64,000 bases of DNA from the human T2T-CHM13v2.0 reference genome, Homo sapiens. Position 1 is the first letter of the stretch. Each line of letters begins with the position of its first letter. The stretch is taken from assembly GCF_009914755.1 (NCBI RefSeq), contig NC_060947.1; one strand, given 5' to 3'. The notes under the pieces are model-generated. The model saw nothing but the letters and a program-made list of their open reading frames with translations, searched no databases and was not told the origin of the DNA. A program made the translations under genes and the position numbers. Below, one piece after another: positions 26,775 through 44,337 of the stretch.

Positions 26775-27546
26775 TGATACGGCTTGGATCTGTGTCCCCA
26801 CCCAAATCTTATATTGAACTGTAATCCTGATATGGTTTGGCTCTGTATCCCCACCCAAATCTCATGTTGTAGCTCCCATAATTCTCATGTGTTATGGGAG
26901 GGACCTGGTGGGAGATGATTGAATCATGGGGGCAGGTCTTTCCCATGCTGTTTTTGTGATAGTGAATGGGTCTCATGAGATCTGATGGTTTTAAAAATGG
27001 GAGTCTCCCTGCACAAGCTCTCTTTGCCTGCTGCCATCTACGTAAGATGTGACTTGCTCCTCCTTGCCTTCTGCCACAATTGTGAGGCCTCCCCAGCCAT
27101 GTAGAACTGTAAGTCTAATTAAACCTCATTCTTTTGTAAATTGCCCAGTCTCTGGTATGTCTTTATCAGCAGTGTGAAAACAGACTAATACAAATCACCA
27201 ATACTGGAGGTGGAGTTTGGTGGGAGATGATTGGATCATGGGGGCAGTTTCTAATGGTTTAGCACCATCCGTCTAGTGTTGTTGTCATGATAGAATTCTC
27301 ACGAGATCTGGTTGTTTAAAAGTGTGTAGCACCTTCCTCTCTCTTTCCTTCTCCTGCTTCAGCCATGTAAGACGTATCTAATTCTCCTTTGCCTTCTGCC
27401 ATGATTGAACATTTCCTGAGGCCTCCTCAGAAGTCACTATGCTTCCTGCACAGCCTACAGAACTCTAAGCCAATTAAACCTTTTTTCTTAATAAATTACC
27501 CAGTCTCAGGTTTTTCTTTATAGCAGTGCAAGATCAGACTAATACA
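26775..27546 (+). mobile_element. MSTA solo LTR (interrupted by THE1B)
   Basis: TGATACGGCTTGGATC...GACTAATACA. Perfect TSD CCACC at 26770-26774 and 27547-27551. Confidence 0.92.
26828..27192 (+). mobile_element. THE1B solo LTR nested in MSTA
   Basis: TGATATGGTTTGGCT...GTGAAAACAGACTAATACA. TSD AATCC/AATCA. Confidence 0.92.
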
Positions 27547-27867
27547 CCACCTTACCCCAGCCAGAATGGCCATTATGAGAAAGTCAAAAAACAATAGATT
27601 GGTGTAGATGTCGTGAAAAGGGAACACTTACACACTGCTGGTGAGAATGTAAATTAGTATAACCTGTATGGAAAACAGTATGGAGATTTCTCGAAGAACT
27701 AAAAGTGGATCTACCGCTCAATCCAGGAGTCCCAATCTACCCAAAGGAAAAGATGTCATTATGTTAAAAAGACTTCTGAACACATATATTTATCACAGCA
27801 CAATTCACAATTGCAAACATATGAAAACAACCTAAGTGCCCATCAACCAACGAGTGGATAAAGAAAA

Positions 27868-27935
27868 TGTGTGTGTGTATTATATATATGTGTGTGTGTG
27901 TATGTATAAACATATATATACATATATGTGTATAT
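27868..27935. repeat. (TG)/(TA) microsatellite inside L1PB
   Basis: Seen directly. Confidence 0.9.
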
Positions 27936-28295
27936 TTAATGAAATACCACTCAGTCATAGAAAAGAATGAAATAATGTCTTTTGCAGCAACTTGGATGGA
28001 GCTGGTGGTCATTATTCTAAGGGAGGTAACTTAGGAATAGAAAATCAAACAGCACATATTCTCACATACAAGTGGGAGCTACACTATATGGATATGCAAA
28101 GGCCTACAGAGTGGTATAGTGGACATTGATGATTTAGAAGGAGGGAGGTTGGGAAGGGGTGAGGGATTAAAAACTACATATTGAGAAAAATGTACCTTAC
28201 TCACAAGATGGGTACACTAAAATCTTGAACATCATCATTATACAATTCATCCATGTAACCTAAAACCACTTGTACCACTAAAGCTATTTAAATAA

Positions 28296-29750
28296 AAAAA
28301 TCAATCTAATCCACCCTATTAACAGGTTAAAGAAGAAAAATGTATGTTATCACATCAATCATTGCAGAAAAAGCATCTGACAAAATTCAGTGCTCATTCA
28401 TAATGAAAAAAACTCTCAGAAAATAGAAATATAGAGGAAATTCCTCAACTTGATAAAAAAAAAAAGGTATGAAAAAACTACAGTTAACATTATGCCAAAT
28501 GTTGAATAACTAAATGCTTTTCTCCTTCAATTGTGAATGAAGCAAGTGTGTCTATTCTCATCACTTTTATTCCACATAGTGCTGGAGGTTCTAGACATGC
28601 AACCAGGAAAGAGAAGGAAACAAAAGGCATGCAGATCAGAAAAGAAAATAATAAAACTTCCCTGTTTGTAGATGTCATGATTGTTTACATAGAAAACACC
28701 AATTAACCCATTTTTAAAATATTCCTAGAATAAATACATTCAAACAAGATAAAAGATCAACATACACAAATAAATGTTATTTCTATATACTAGCAATAAA
28801 CATGTGGGCACTAAAATTAAAAACAATATCATTTATAATTATTTTTATAATTTATAATATAGTTTTATTTATAATGGCTTAAAAATGAGAAATACTTAGG
28901 TATAAATCTAAGAATACATGTGCATGATTTACATGCTGAAAATATACAATGTTGATGAAAGAAATAAAAGAATATCTAAACAAATGGTAAGGCAAATCGT
29001 ATTCATTAATTAGAACACTCAAAAGAGTAAATGTCTTAATTTTCCCCAGATTGATAAATAAGTGTGATACAATTATAATCAATATCCAAATAAGACCATT
29101 CTAAAACTTACATGAAAATTTAAAATAACTAGAATAGCTAAAGGAAATTTTGAAAAAGAACACAGTAGGAGAAAGAAGTCCATCTGATCTTAAATGCTGC
29201 TACAGTAGTCAGACTTTGTGGTATTTACAGAGGGATAGGCACATAGATCAACAGAACAGAAAATATCCAGAAATAGATGAAAGCAAATACACCAACTAAT
29301 TTTTGACAAAGGTGTAAAAGCAATTCAATGGCAAAAGGTTAGCCTTTACAACAAATGGTGCTGAAGTAATTGAACATCCATAGGGAAAATAATTGACTGG
29401 TCTCACACCTTGTACAAAACTTAATTTAAAATGAATCAAAACCTAAAATTATAATATAGAACTATAAAACTGGGGGGGAATGGAGAAACTCTTAAGGATC
29501 TAGAGTTAGACATAGATCTTAGATTTTTTACTGAAAGCATTATACATAAAAGGAAAAATTGATAAATTGGATTTTATCAATATTAAAAAATTTGCATTCT
29601 GAAATACTCTGTCAGGATGAAAATACAAGCTACAGACTGTGAGTGTACATTAGCAAAACACATATTTGACAAAGGACTGCTATCGAAAATATATAAAGAA
29701 CTATCAAATCAATAGTAAAAAAAAAATTCTATTAGAAAACAAGCCAAAAG
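28296..29750 (+). mobile_element. Old L1M (L1MD-like) ORF2, continuation of 23435-25462
   Basis: Resumes the RT region at AATCAATC..ATCCACC..GCAGAAAAAGCATCTGACAAAATTCA. Confidence 0.75.
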
Positions 29751-31551
29751 AGTTCTGATTTACAGTTCAGCAAGCAGGAAGTCTGGAAGTCACCACTCTA
29801 TCCTAATAACAAGTGAAGAGGTGAACAAATTGAAAAATCAATGACTCTTCCTGGATCTGTAAGAGAGTTGAGGTCACAGGGCAAACTGATTCCCCAACAA
29901 TTGGAGAGACTGACAGGTGAATATAGAGAAACACAGTATAGTAGAGCAGAAACCCAGGAGCTGAAAGCTCTGTGGAATCTAGTGACAGGGTAAAAAAATT
30001 CTCAACTATAATTCACAAATTGCTAGAGACTCAGTGTGGACATCTCTGAGAACTAAAAACCCTAGGCATATCCAGTCATAATCATAATGGGGACTCACAC
30101 ATTTGTGAGTTTTATTTACTGAAGCCAAATCAAATTTTCATAGTTAATCTGAGAAAAAAAAATCCCCTTGTACTTCTGGTGGGGGTTGGAGGAGAAGAAA
30201 CCATTTTAAAATGCACCAAAGCATTCTGTTCTTCTTAACAAGGTCTACTCTCAGGAGAAAGTAGTTAAGCAGAGCCTAACCTACTGGGCCTTTTCAGAGT
30301 CTAACTGACCTGCTGGAAAGGAAATATCTAACTCCAGCCTATGCTAGCCATCTTGCCCCACCACTAATGTGGGAAAAGAATGGGAAGCCCTGGTGAATTT
30401 CACAGTCCAGGGGCACATGATCATCTAAAGAACTGAGACCTGATCGTACTAATACAGAATGCTTCATCTTTCCCCATACCTTACCACCACACTCCTAAAG
30501 ACCTATTTACAGTAGTCTTTTTACTTAGCATATAGTGTCTGACTATCAAGAAACATTACAAGACATACCAAAAGGCAAAAAATACACTTTGAAGAGACAG
30601 AGCAAACATCAGAATCTGGCACAGATATAGCAGGGACATTGGAATTATCAGACCAGCAATTTAAAACAATTATGATTAATATGATAAGGGCTCTAATGGG
30701 TAAAATGGGCAGTATGCAAGATCATATGAACAATGTAAGCAGAGAAATGAAAATTCTAGAAAACAAAAAAACACTATCAATGAAAAACACTGTGACAGAA
30801 AAGAATGTTTTTGATAGGATTATTAGGTGGACTGATGTAACTGAGGAAAAAACCTCTGAGCTTAAAGATATCTCAATAGAAACTCTAAAACTGAATGGCA
30901 AAGAGAAAAAAAGGACTGAAAAAAACAGAACACGATATCCAAGAACTGAGGGACAACCACTAAAGATTTAACATACACATAATGAGAATATAAGAAACCA
31001 AAGAGAGAGAAAAAGGAATGAAAAAATACTTGGAGCAATAATGACTGAGAACTTTCCCCCAAATCATTGTCAACCACAGAACCACAGATCCAGGAAGCTC
31101 ATAGAATATCAAGCAGGATAAATGCCAAAAAAAAAAAAAAAAAAAAAACCTACACCTGTGCATATCATCTTGAAACTACAAGAAAATCAAAGACAGGGTA
31201 AAAAACTGTGAAAGAAACCAAAGGAAAAAAACAGCTGACCTATGAAGAAGCAAAGATAAGAATAACATCCGTCTTCTCTTCAGAAACCATGCCAGCAAGA
31301 AAAGAGTGAAATAAAAAAGTACTGAGAAAAAAAGAACACTAATCTAGAATTATGTGCCCAGAAAAAAATATTCTTCAAAAATGAAAGAGGAATATGTGGT
31401 TTTCAAAAAATTGAAGAAATGTGTTGCCAGTACACAATCCTTGCCAGAAATATTAAAAGAAACTCATTAGATGGAAAGGAAATTATATAGGTAAGATACT
31501 TGCATCCACATAAAAAAGGAAGAGCATCAGAGAAAGAATAGGTACAGGTAA

Positions 31552-31888
<337 letters not shown>

Positions 31889-32062
31889 AGTTTTCTTATT
31901 CTTAATTAATATAACAGATGAGTCTTGTTCAAAATAATAATAGCAATGATGTATTTAAATATGTATGCTTATGTGTGTGTGGATATATATATACAGTTAT
32001 GCATGCTTATGTATGATGATATGTATGATAAAATGGATGGAAGGAGGAAATTTTAAAAAAAT

Positions 32063-32706
<644 letters not shown>

Positions 32707-34669
32707 AAAATTATTTTGATATAAGACACTCACGCTATCTGTAAAGAGGTATATATTATTCGAAAGTGGGCTTAGACTACTTGTAAGTGTATATAGTAAA
32801 TGCTACAGAAACCACTTTAAAAAAAAAGAAAAAAGTACAGCCAATATTCTAAGAGAGAAGACAAAATGGAATTGTATAAAATGCACAATTAAAACCACAA
32901 GAAAATGAAGAAGGGAAACAAAAATAGGACTAAAAAGGGCAACAAATATCAAATAGTAACAAATATGGTAGATATTCATCCAAATGTGTCAATAATCACT
33001 TTGAATGTTAATTGTCCAAATGCACCAATTAAAAGAGATTTTCAGAGTGGATCTAAAAGCCAGACCCATCTATATGTTGTCTGCTAGAAACTCACTTTAA
33101 ATATAGGACACATTAGATTAAAAGTAAATGGATGGAGAAAAATATACATTGCAAACATTAATCAAAAGAATGTGGGAATAGCTGTATTAATCTCAGAAGA
33201 CACAGACTTGAGAGCAAGGAAATTATCAAGGGTAAAGAAGGGTATTACATGTTGATAAAGGGGCCAATTATCGAAGAAGACATAATTGTCCTTAATGTGT
33301 CTGCACCTAACAACAGAACATCAAAATACATGAGGCAAAAACTGATAGATTTTCAAGAAGAAATAAATAAATCTACTATTATAGTTGGAAACTTCAACAC
33401 CCCTTTATCTGAAATGAACAGATCTAGTAGTCAGAAAATTAGTAGAGCACAGTTGTACTCAACACCACCACCAACCAACTGGATATAATGGATATCTGTA
33501 GCCCACTTCATCCAACAAAAGCAGAATGCACATTCATGTCAAGCTCCCGTTAGACATCCAGCAAGATAGAACTTACATTGTGGGCCATCGAATACACCCT
33601 AACAAGTTTAAAAGAACAAAAATCATTCAATCTCTGTTCTCAAACCACAATGGAATTAAACTAGAAATCAATAACATAAAGATAGCGGGGAAATCCTGAA
33701 ATACTTGGAGATTAAACAACAAAGTTCTAGATAACACACGGGTCAATGAGCAAATATCAAGAGAAAATTTCTAATGTTTTGAACTAAGTGAAAACACAAC
33801 TTAAAATTTGTGGGATGCAGCAAAAGCAACCTTAAAGGGAAATTTATAGGACTGAATGCACACATTAGAAAAGAAGATCTAAAAGATCTAAAATCTTAGA
33901 AGATCTAAGATCTAAACTTATATAAGCTTCTACCTTAGAAAACTAGCAACAGAAGAGTGAATTATCCAAAGTAAGCAGAAGAAAAGAAATAATTTAAATC
34001 AGAGCAGAAATCAATACAATTCAAAACAAGAAATTAATAGAGAAAACCAATGGAACCAAAAGCTGTTTTTTTAAGATAAATAAAATTGTTAGTCCTCTAG
34101 CCAATTAAATCTCTTTATTTTTTATAGGTCTATTCAGATTTTCTATTGTTCCTTCCTAGGAAATTTTCCATTTTGTGTAGATTATCTAATTTGTTGGCAT
34201 ATAATTGTTTATAGTATTCCTCTTTCATTCTAGAATTTAGTAGTTTAGTCAGCTCTTCTTCTTGGCCTGTCAAGGTAAATGTGTATTAATTTCGCTGATC
34301 TTTTCAAAGAACAAACTATTGGTTTCATTGCTTTCATCTAATATTTTTCTATTGTTTATTTAATTAACAATTATACTCTAGAGGTTACATTTTTCTTCCT
34401 TTTATTTGCTTTGGGATTATTTTGCTCCTCTTTTCCTAGCGTCTTAAGGTAAAAGACCACATTATTCATTTAGATGTGTCTTCTTTTTTGATGTAGGTGT
34501 TTACAGCTATAAATCTTTCTCTAAGCACTGCTTTAACTTCATTTCATAACTTCTGGTATGTTTTGTCTTCATTTTCAATTATATTCATCTTAAGTATTTT
34601 CTAATTCTCCATGTGATTTTTTTTCATTTTTCAGTCATTCATTTTGTGTGTGTGTGTAGCATTGTTTGC

Positions 34670-34755
34670 TTTCAATTTTATTTTTTAATTGACAAATATT
34701 AATTGTACATATTCATGGGGTAGATAGTGAGGTGTTAATACACATAATGTGTAGT
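34670..34755 (-). mobile_element. Very short L1MA 3' end
   Basis: TTTTAATTGACAAATA..ATTGTACATATTCATGGGGTA.ATAGTGA. Confidence 0.6.
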
Positions 34756-35089
34756 TTTGAGGCATTGGTTATTTATGGGTGTACTATTTAATTTCCACAT
34801 ATTTGTGAATTTGTCAAGTGTCCTTTCCTAATTTTACTCCATTGTTGTTAGAGAACATACTTTGTATGATTTAAATCTTTTTAATTTTATTGAGGCTTGT
34901 CTTATGACCTAACATATGGTCTATCCTAGAGAATATTCCACGTGCATTCAAGAATATGTGTTCTGCTGTTATTGGTCGGAGTGCTGTATGGATGTTTCTT
35001 AGGTCTAATTGGCATATAGTGTTCATGTCTGTTTTCTTATTGCTCCCCTGCCTAGATGTTCTATCTGTTATTGAAAATGAGCTATTGTT

Positions 35090-35493
<404 letters not shown>

Positions 35494-36015
35494 TTAAAAC
35501 TATTATATCTTCCTGATGCATTGACTTTTTTATTATTATAAAATACCTCTTTTATCTCTAGTAATTTGTTTTAAAGTCTATTTTCTCTGATATTAGTCTA
35601 GTTATTTCAAGTTAATTATTGTTGTATGTAATATCTTTTTCCATCCTTTTACTGTCAACCCATTTGTACCTTTGAATCTAAAGTGTCCCATGTAGACAAC
35701 ATATTTGGTTCTTGCTTTTCTTTTTCATCCAGACTGGAAATCTCTACCTTTTGATTGGGCTATTTAATCCATTCACATTTAATGTTATTATAATATCAAT
35801 ATATTTTGAATTACATGTTATGTTACTTTTGTTTTCTCTATGTCTCATGGGTTTTTTTTCCCTCTTTCTCTATTCTTCCTTATTGATTTCTTTTGCATTT
35901 AGCAAATATTGCCTAATGTAACATTTTCATTTCTTCAATTTTTTTGCTATATTTTTGTATGTTAAATCTGATATCTGGGTTCTCACAAAAAGTGTGTGCT
36001 ATTTGCTTTTTTCTC

Positions 36016-36403
<388 letters not shown>

Positions 36404-38144
36404 TAATACAGCAACTGTGGATGGTGATTCTTCTCCTCACATTTAAGGCTTGTTTTAGTTGTTATTTTATTCCTTGTTTATTTAGTGACTTGGCTAGACT
36501 GTTTGAATGAAGTCTAATTTATTCACTTAGTGTGAAGCCTTTGATGTTGTTTCTCAGGAGCTGCACACTGTCACCCCGGAATGACAGTGGTTTTATCAGA
36601 GCTATCATTGCATCTTTCTTTGATCTCTATCAACCTGTTTACTTCAGTTGGTATTAACACCCAGCCCTTAGGCCCCGCTAATTGCTGGCTGGTTGCCATT
36701 TTGTTTCCAGCAATGCCTTGGGCCATAAATTGCTCCTAGTATAATTCAATTAAATTTTGGCAGTGATTGTTTTTAGTGTCAGTCTGAGGTTTGCTCTGAT
36801 CCCAAGAGTGTTCTTCTTAGCTATTTCTTTCCCTGTTCTTTCTAAAAAACTAGTTGACCCTATGAAGTAACTTCTTGTTCTCACTTAAGAACAGCTATTG
36901 TTTTCAAGAGCACATTTAGGCTTAAGTTTCCCCATTGTGTCATTCAAATAAAGTCAGTTTCTGACTCACTAGGAGTTCTGAGGCTGGGAAAACTGGAAGA
37001 AGCTAGGAGAACTTCAGAACTCTCTGTTCTTATGTACTATTACTCCCCATGTAAAAAGTTCCTGAGCCATTACTCCAGGCACTGGCTCTGGGTAAAGTGG
37101 TAACCACTGAGTAAGTGGTAACCTCTAGTATTTTTTGCTTGCCTCTCTTGTTGTGGAATTTTAGTCCTATGAATGAGCTGGATCAAGTCTAGGGTATAGC
37201 CTTCATCCTATGAATGGGGACTCAGTGAAAGAAGGTGGGCCCCAGCATCTTGGTCACACTGCCCAGAAATTTAGCCTCTTAAACTTGAAGATGTTGGGTC
37301 AAAAAGTGATGTCAGTATGCCCCTTCTGGAGAGATACCATGTTACTTGATTTTAAAACTGAGAGAAGAGAGAGCCCCATCTTGTTGGCCATACCTACCCA
37401 GACTAGAGATTTTGTCACACTCTGCCGGGAAGCAGGTCAGAATTCAAATACCACAGTCTCTTGCGGTTTGTAGTAAGTCTTAATAGGTTTTCTTTGAATA
37501 AAATGTTTCTTTGCTTTATGGCCTTGGGACAATATATCATTATTTTAATCTTTTTTATAAGTTTCACTATTTATGCTTATTTCTCTGGGGACTAGGTTCA
37601 TAAAGCTCCATACACTGACATCTCAATACAAAATTCTTTTCCTTTATATTTTTGATCATATGTTATAAATCATGTTCAATGGTTGTATTATCTGTAGTGC
37701 CATGAGAGTGTGGATTATGTTTCTTGAGTTTGCAAATTATCTGTCATATGGAAAGTTTCCTGTTTGTCCACTTATTTGTTTGTTTGCTGGTTTGCTTAAA
37801 CTCTTGTTTGTTCTATGAACTCATTTTCAGAAGATACTGTGGGTTTTTTGTTTGCCTGTTTGTTTTTTTAGGAGTCATGCGCATGTTCTGGCTTGTAGAG
37901 TTTTCTGTATGTAATCTTGAATTTGCCTTTCTTAGGCCCTATATGTTTTATCTTTTTGGACCAGTTTTAACATTGGTTTCTCTGCTCTAGTTTTACAATA
38001 TGTTGGTATTTACCATATATTGCCAATATCCACAAATGGCTTAATATTCTGATTGCTTCTAGGTCACTCTTTTTTTATGTATTGCATGTGTCAAATGGCT
38101 CTTATTTCTTCTATGCTTAACATGGAGTACAAAGTTGTGCCAAA

Positions 38145-38447
<303 letters not shown>

Positions 38448-38645
38448 CTACAACCCATTTGTAGATTGGGTAGGCCCTTTCTGGCTCCATCTTATGTAGA
38501 ACACCCCACTTACATTCTCTGGGGTTCTCATGTCCTCTCGCTTATCCTCTCAGCCTTAAAGCTTAATTGTAACATCCCTGAGCTGCTTACCTTCATCTCC
38601 CACTAAATACTCTGAGTTCCACTCATGATTCTACCACGTACATAC

Positions 38646-38959
38646 AGGCATATCTCCATATATGTGGGTTCCACATTTGTGGAATCAACCAACCACTGAT
38701 CAAAAATATTTGTTTTAAGTCTACAAAGTTCCCAAAATCAAGACTTAATTTTGCCACATGCCAAGTACTGTGTTGAATCCACATAAGTAAGTTTACGTAT
38801 AGACATTGCATTAGGTATTATAAGTAGTCTAAAGATGATTTAAAGTATATGGGAGAATGTGCATAGTTGATATTTCAAGAACTTGAGCACCTAAGGATTT
38901 GGGTATTCACAGGGGAGGAGTCTTAGAATCGATCCCTCACATATACCAAGGGATGGCTG
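38646..38959. mobile_element. MER2-family Tigger MITE
   Basis: TGTGGGTTCCACATTTGTGGAATCAACCAACC, TTAGGTATTATAAGTA.TCTA.AGATGATTTAAAGTATA and a TIR remnant ATACCAAGGGATGGCTG. Confidence 0.85.
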
Positions 38960-39609
38960 CGTTCTCTTTTCTTATTTTTAAGCTTCACTAGTTTTGATGA
39001 TGATGACTTTATTTAAAATTGTCATGCTTAGAGAAAGGGGTAAGGAAAAATTCCTACATATATTGAGTGTATTATCTTGACTCATTCTTTCCCGTTCTTT
39101 CCACTTCTTCACCTAGCTTTCTGCCGTAAAGCTAGGTTCAGATTTGTGTCCTCCAAGGAGCCTTACAGGAACTTCCAGGATGGCTTTGATGTCCTTCAAT
39201 TATACTCTCCCACTCCTCTGAGCTTGCTTCCATTACACCACTTGTCACATTGCATTGTCTCCTTACCAAGCCAAGAAGTCCTTTCAGCAAGTATAACTTA
39301 TTTTACTACTCTATATATCCCTAAGAACTAGCATTAGCCCCTCTCACACAGTAGCTTCTCAATATCTATTTTGTTTAATGAAGAAACGCCAGCACATATA
39401 GCCACTTATTCTTTCTTATCAGGAGTCCAAAGTATAAACAATATCCACACTTCAGTGCTTAAATATTATATGGAAAAAGCAAACTTCATTGAAAAACAAA
39501 AAAGAAAATCTTCCTAGAAATAATTTGATCTTTCTTACTAATTCATAAGTACCATCTATATCAGTTTACTCTCATTACTTTTGTTTAAAAAAATAGTTAC
39601 CAAATTTGA

Positions 39610-40038
<429 letters not shown>

Positions 40039-41082
40039 CAAAAATATACTTTGAAGGAGATGAAGAAAAATGGCTGAACAGAACCCCCCCAGCAATTGTT
40101 CCCCAACAAGAACACCAAATTGAACAACTACCCACACAATAAAACACCTTTATAAGAATGAAAGTATCAAATCAAAGAACCTGGTTTTAACATAATAGCA
40201 AGGAAAGCGACATTGAAGAGGGTAGAAAGGACAGTCTTATATTGAGTACACCCCTCCTTCTCCAACCTTAGGCATTGCAGAACAAAAAGAGAATCTGTGT
40301 GTGTTTGGGAAAGTGAGAGCAAAGTGAGTGTGGAAATTTGCATTGGAATTCAGTGTTGTCCTGTCATAGCAGAATACATCCCAGGGCAGAATTCTGCTGA
40401 TGCCAATGGAGGAGGCATTTTGAGCAGCCCTGGGCCAGAGGGAAATCATCTTCCCCAGTGGGAAGAACTCAAGTCCCAGCCAGCTTAATCACCAGCTGAC
40501 TAAAGTGGCCTGGAGACCTGAACAAATTTGAGTGGAAATCAGGCCACAAGGTCTGCAATCATTGGGCAAGCCCTGATGCTGCACTGGTCTTGGAGGCAGT
40601 GGGCTTGGAGTACAAATTGTGTGACACCAGCTACAGTGGCTAAGAGAGTACCTGTGTCAACCCTTCCCCAACTCCAAGCAGGGAAGCCTGGGGAGAGACT
40701 CCTTCCATTTGAGTGAAGAGTACAAGAACTTTGTCTTGTGATTTGGGTACCAGCTCAGCCGCAATAAAAATAAAGCACTATGCATATTCTCGAAGCCCTC
40801 AGTTCCAGGTCTTTGCAACTGGATGACATATCTAGACCCACCCTAGGCCAAAAAAGAATCCACTGCCCTGATAGGATAAATGCAGTTCCAGCAAGATTCA
40901 CCACCTACTAATTAAAATGGACTTGGGCAGTGAATTAATAGCAGCAGCAGCAGCAGGCAGGTAGTAGTGGCTATGGGCCTTGGGTAGCCCCAGTAATGAA
41001 CTATAAGGCCACAAGCTTCAGGTGAGAACCCAGAGCAGTGACAGCTGTAGTGGTCATGGGAGTACCCCCATCACACCTCCCC

Positions 41083-41609
41083 TGTGATGGTTAATATTGA
41101 GTGGCAACTTGATTGCATTGAAGGATGCAGATTATTGTTCCTGGATGTGTCTGTGAGGGTGTAGCTAACAGAGATTAACATTTGAGTCAGTGAACTGGGA
41201 GAGGCAGACTGACCCTTAATCTGAGTGGGCACCATCTAATCATCTGCCAGCATAAAAGCAGGAATGGAAAGAGCAGACTTGGAGGTCTTCCAGCCTCCAT
41301 CTTTCTCCCATGCTGGATGCTTCGTGCCCTAGAACATCCGACTCCAAGTTCTTCAGCTTGTGGACTCGTGAACCTACACCAGCAATTTGCCAGGGGCTCT
41401 CAGGCCTTTGGCCATAGACTGATGGCTGCACTATCAGCTTCCCTACTTTTGAGATTTGGGGACACGAACTGGTTTCCTTGCTCCTCAGCTTGCAGACAGC
41501 CTATTGTGGGACTTCACCTTGTGATAATGTGAGTCAATTCTCCTAACGAACTCCCCTGTATTCATCTATCCTATTATTTCTGTCCCTTTAGAGAATCCTG
41601 ACTAATCCA
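41083..41609 (+). mobile_element. MLT2A2-like ERVL solo LTR
   Basis: TGTGATGGTTAATATTGAGTG.CAACTTGATTG...TGACTAATCCA. Perfect TSD TCCCC at 41078-41082 and 41610-41614. Confidence 0.92.
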
Positions 41610-44337
41610 TCCCCCGACTCCAAGCAGCCCAGCAGGGAAAGAGGTTCCTTCTGATTAGGAGAAAGAGAGGAAAGAGCAAGAGACTCTGCCTGGTAGCCCA
41701 GAGAATTGTCTTCACCAAGTCAACCAAGTCTGCAAGAGTCATAGTGTTCCTGGGCTTAGGACATCCCCTAGTGCTGAAACAGCTGCAGTAGCCACAAGCT
41801 TAGGTCATGACAGTCAATTATTTCTGAATCCTTAGAAGGCCCTCCCTAGAAGGAATAACTAATTCTTCAATGCTCAGACAATGAGGAATGTTCACAAGCA
41901 TCAGTAACATCCAGAAAACAAAAATAAATAAACAAGGCACCAGTGAATGACTCTTGACTGACAGAGACATGTGACCTCTCGGACAGAAAATTCAAAATAA
42001 CTGTCTTGAGGAACTTCAGTAAACTTTAAGATAACACAGAGAAGGAATTTAGAATTCTATCAGAGAAATTTATCATAAAAATTAAAATAATAAAAAGCAG
42101 CAATTCTGAAGCTAAAAAAATTCATTTGACAAACTTTAAAATGTATCAGCCTCTCAAAAGCAGAACCGATCAAGCAGAAGAAAGTATTAGTGAGCTCAAA
42201 CAGAGGCTATATGAAATACACAATCAGAGGAGAAAAAAGTATAAAAAAGCATATCTACAAGATCTAGAAAATAGTCTCAAAAGGACAAATCTTACAGTTC
42301 TTGGCTTTAAAATGGATGTAGAGAGAAGAGGATGGAAAGTTGATCTGAAAAAGATAATAACAAAGAACGTTACAAACATAGAGAAAGATAGCAATATCCA
42401 GGTGCAAGGAGGTCAAAGAATGCCAAGCATAATTAACCCAAATAAGCCTACCTCAAAGTATATAATAAAACTCTCAAAAGTCAACGATAAAGAACAGATC
42501 CTAAAAGCAGGAAAGGAAATGAAGCAAATGATATATAAAGGAGCTATGTCTGGCAGCAGACTTACTAGAAACCTTACAGGCCAACATATTGAAATGAGAT
42601 GGCATATTCAAAGTACTGAAATAACAAAAAGAAATTTCCAACCTAGAATATTATATCCTGCTAAATTACCCTTCAAACATGAAGGAGAAATAATTTGTTT
42701 GTTTCCCAGGCAAACAAAAGCTGAGGGATTTTGTCAACAACAGACCTGTTTTACAAGTAATGCTGAAGAGAGTTTTTCCATATGAAAGAAAAGGATGTTA
42801 ATAATGAACAGGAAATTATCTAAAAGTAAAAAACCCACTGGTAAAAGTAAGTACACAAACAAATGCAGAATACTCTAACACTGAAATTGTGGTGTGTAAA
42901 CAACTCATATGTTTAGTAGGAAGACTAAAAGACAAACCTATCAAAAATAATAACTATAAAAATTTCTAAGACATGGGCAATATAAAAAGATATAAATAGA
43001 GATAACAAAGTCAAAAAGTGGGGAGGGATGGGGTGAAGTTAAAGTGTAGAGTTTTTAGTTTTCTCTTTGCTTGTTTGTATTTTTTTCTTTGTGATCAGAA
43101 TTAAGTTGTTATCAGTTCAATATAATCAGTTATGTTATTTGCAAGCCTCACGGTAACCAAAAAGCAGGAACTTATAATTGATACACAAAACATAAAAAGC
43201 AAAAAATTAAAACATACTACCACAGAAAATCACTTTTACACAAAGGAAGACAGGGAGAAAGGAAGAAAGAGAAAACCAACAAAACAACCAGAAAACTAAT
43301 AACAAAATGGCAGTAAAAACTACTTATCTATCAAAAATAACATTACATGTTAATGAACCAAATTCTTCAATCAAAAGACATAGATAGCTGAATGGATACA
43401 AAAGCAAGACCCACCTATATACTACCAAGAAGAAACTCACTTCACCTATAAAGATACACAGAGTCTGAAAATTAAGGGATGGAAAAAGGTATTCCGTGGA
43501 AATAGAAACCTAAAAAGACCAAAAGTAACTTGTATCAGACAAAGTATATTTGTATCACACAAAGTATATCTAGATTTCAAAATAAAATCTGTAAAACAAG
43601 ATAAAGGAGGTAATTGTATGATGACAAAGGGGCCAAATCAACAAGAGAAAAATAACAATTCTCAATATATATGTATCCATCACTGGCACACCCAGATATA
43701 TAAAGTAAATATTATTAGAGCTCAATACAGAAATAAACCTCTAAACAATAATAGCTGAAGGCTTCAGCATCTCATTTTTAGCACTGGACATAGCATCCAG
43801 ACAGAAAATCAACAAGGAAACATCAAACTTAATCTTCACTGTGGACCAAATGGACCTAATAAAAATGTACAGAACATTTGATCAAACAGCTGCAAAATAC
43901 ATAAGCTTCTCAGCCCACAGATTATTCTCTAGACTAGACCATACATTGGGCCAGAAAACAAGTCTCAAAAATTCAAAAAAATTAAAATCATATCAATTAT
44001 CTTTTCTGATGACTATGGAGTAAAACTAGAAATCAATAATAATAGGAACTTTGGAAACGATATAAACACAAATTAAACAATATGCTCCTGAAGCAGCATT
44101 GGGTCAGTAAAGAAATTAAGAAAAAAAATTAAAATGATCGAAACAAAGGAAAATGGAAACCCAACATAACAAAACCTATAGGATACAGCAAATGCAGGAC
44201 TAAGAAGAAAGCTTATAGCAACTAATGCCTATATCAAAAAAGTAAAAGAAAATTCACATAAATGACCTAATGATGTATCTTAAAGGAGTTTGAAAGAACA
44301 AATCAAACCCCAAAATAGTAGAAGTAAAGAAATAATG

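Larger units (their letters stand above)
25463..28295 (+). mobile_element. 5'-truncated L1PB3/4-like element
   Basis: ORF2 3' half and L1PB3-type 3'UTR (TATACAATTCATCCATGTAACC..AAACCACTTGTAC). TSD AAAAATCAATC at 25452-25462 and 28296-28306. Confidence 0.88.

Noticed and set aside
40425-41700. Internal duplication of about 400 bp in the L1MA 5'UTR
   Set aside because: Appears intrinsic to this class of L1 5' end rather than specific to the locus.
42126-42785. Longest ORF, 219 aa
   Set aside because: A residual open stretch of decayed L1 ORF1, lacking its N-terminus and frameshifted internally.
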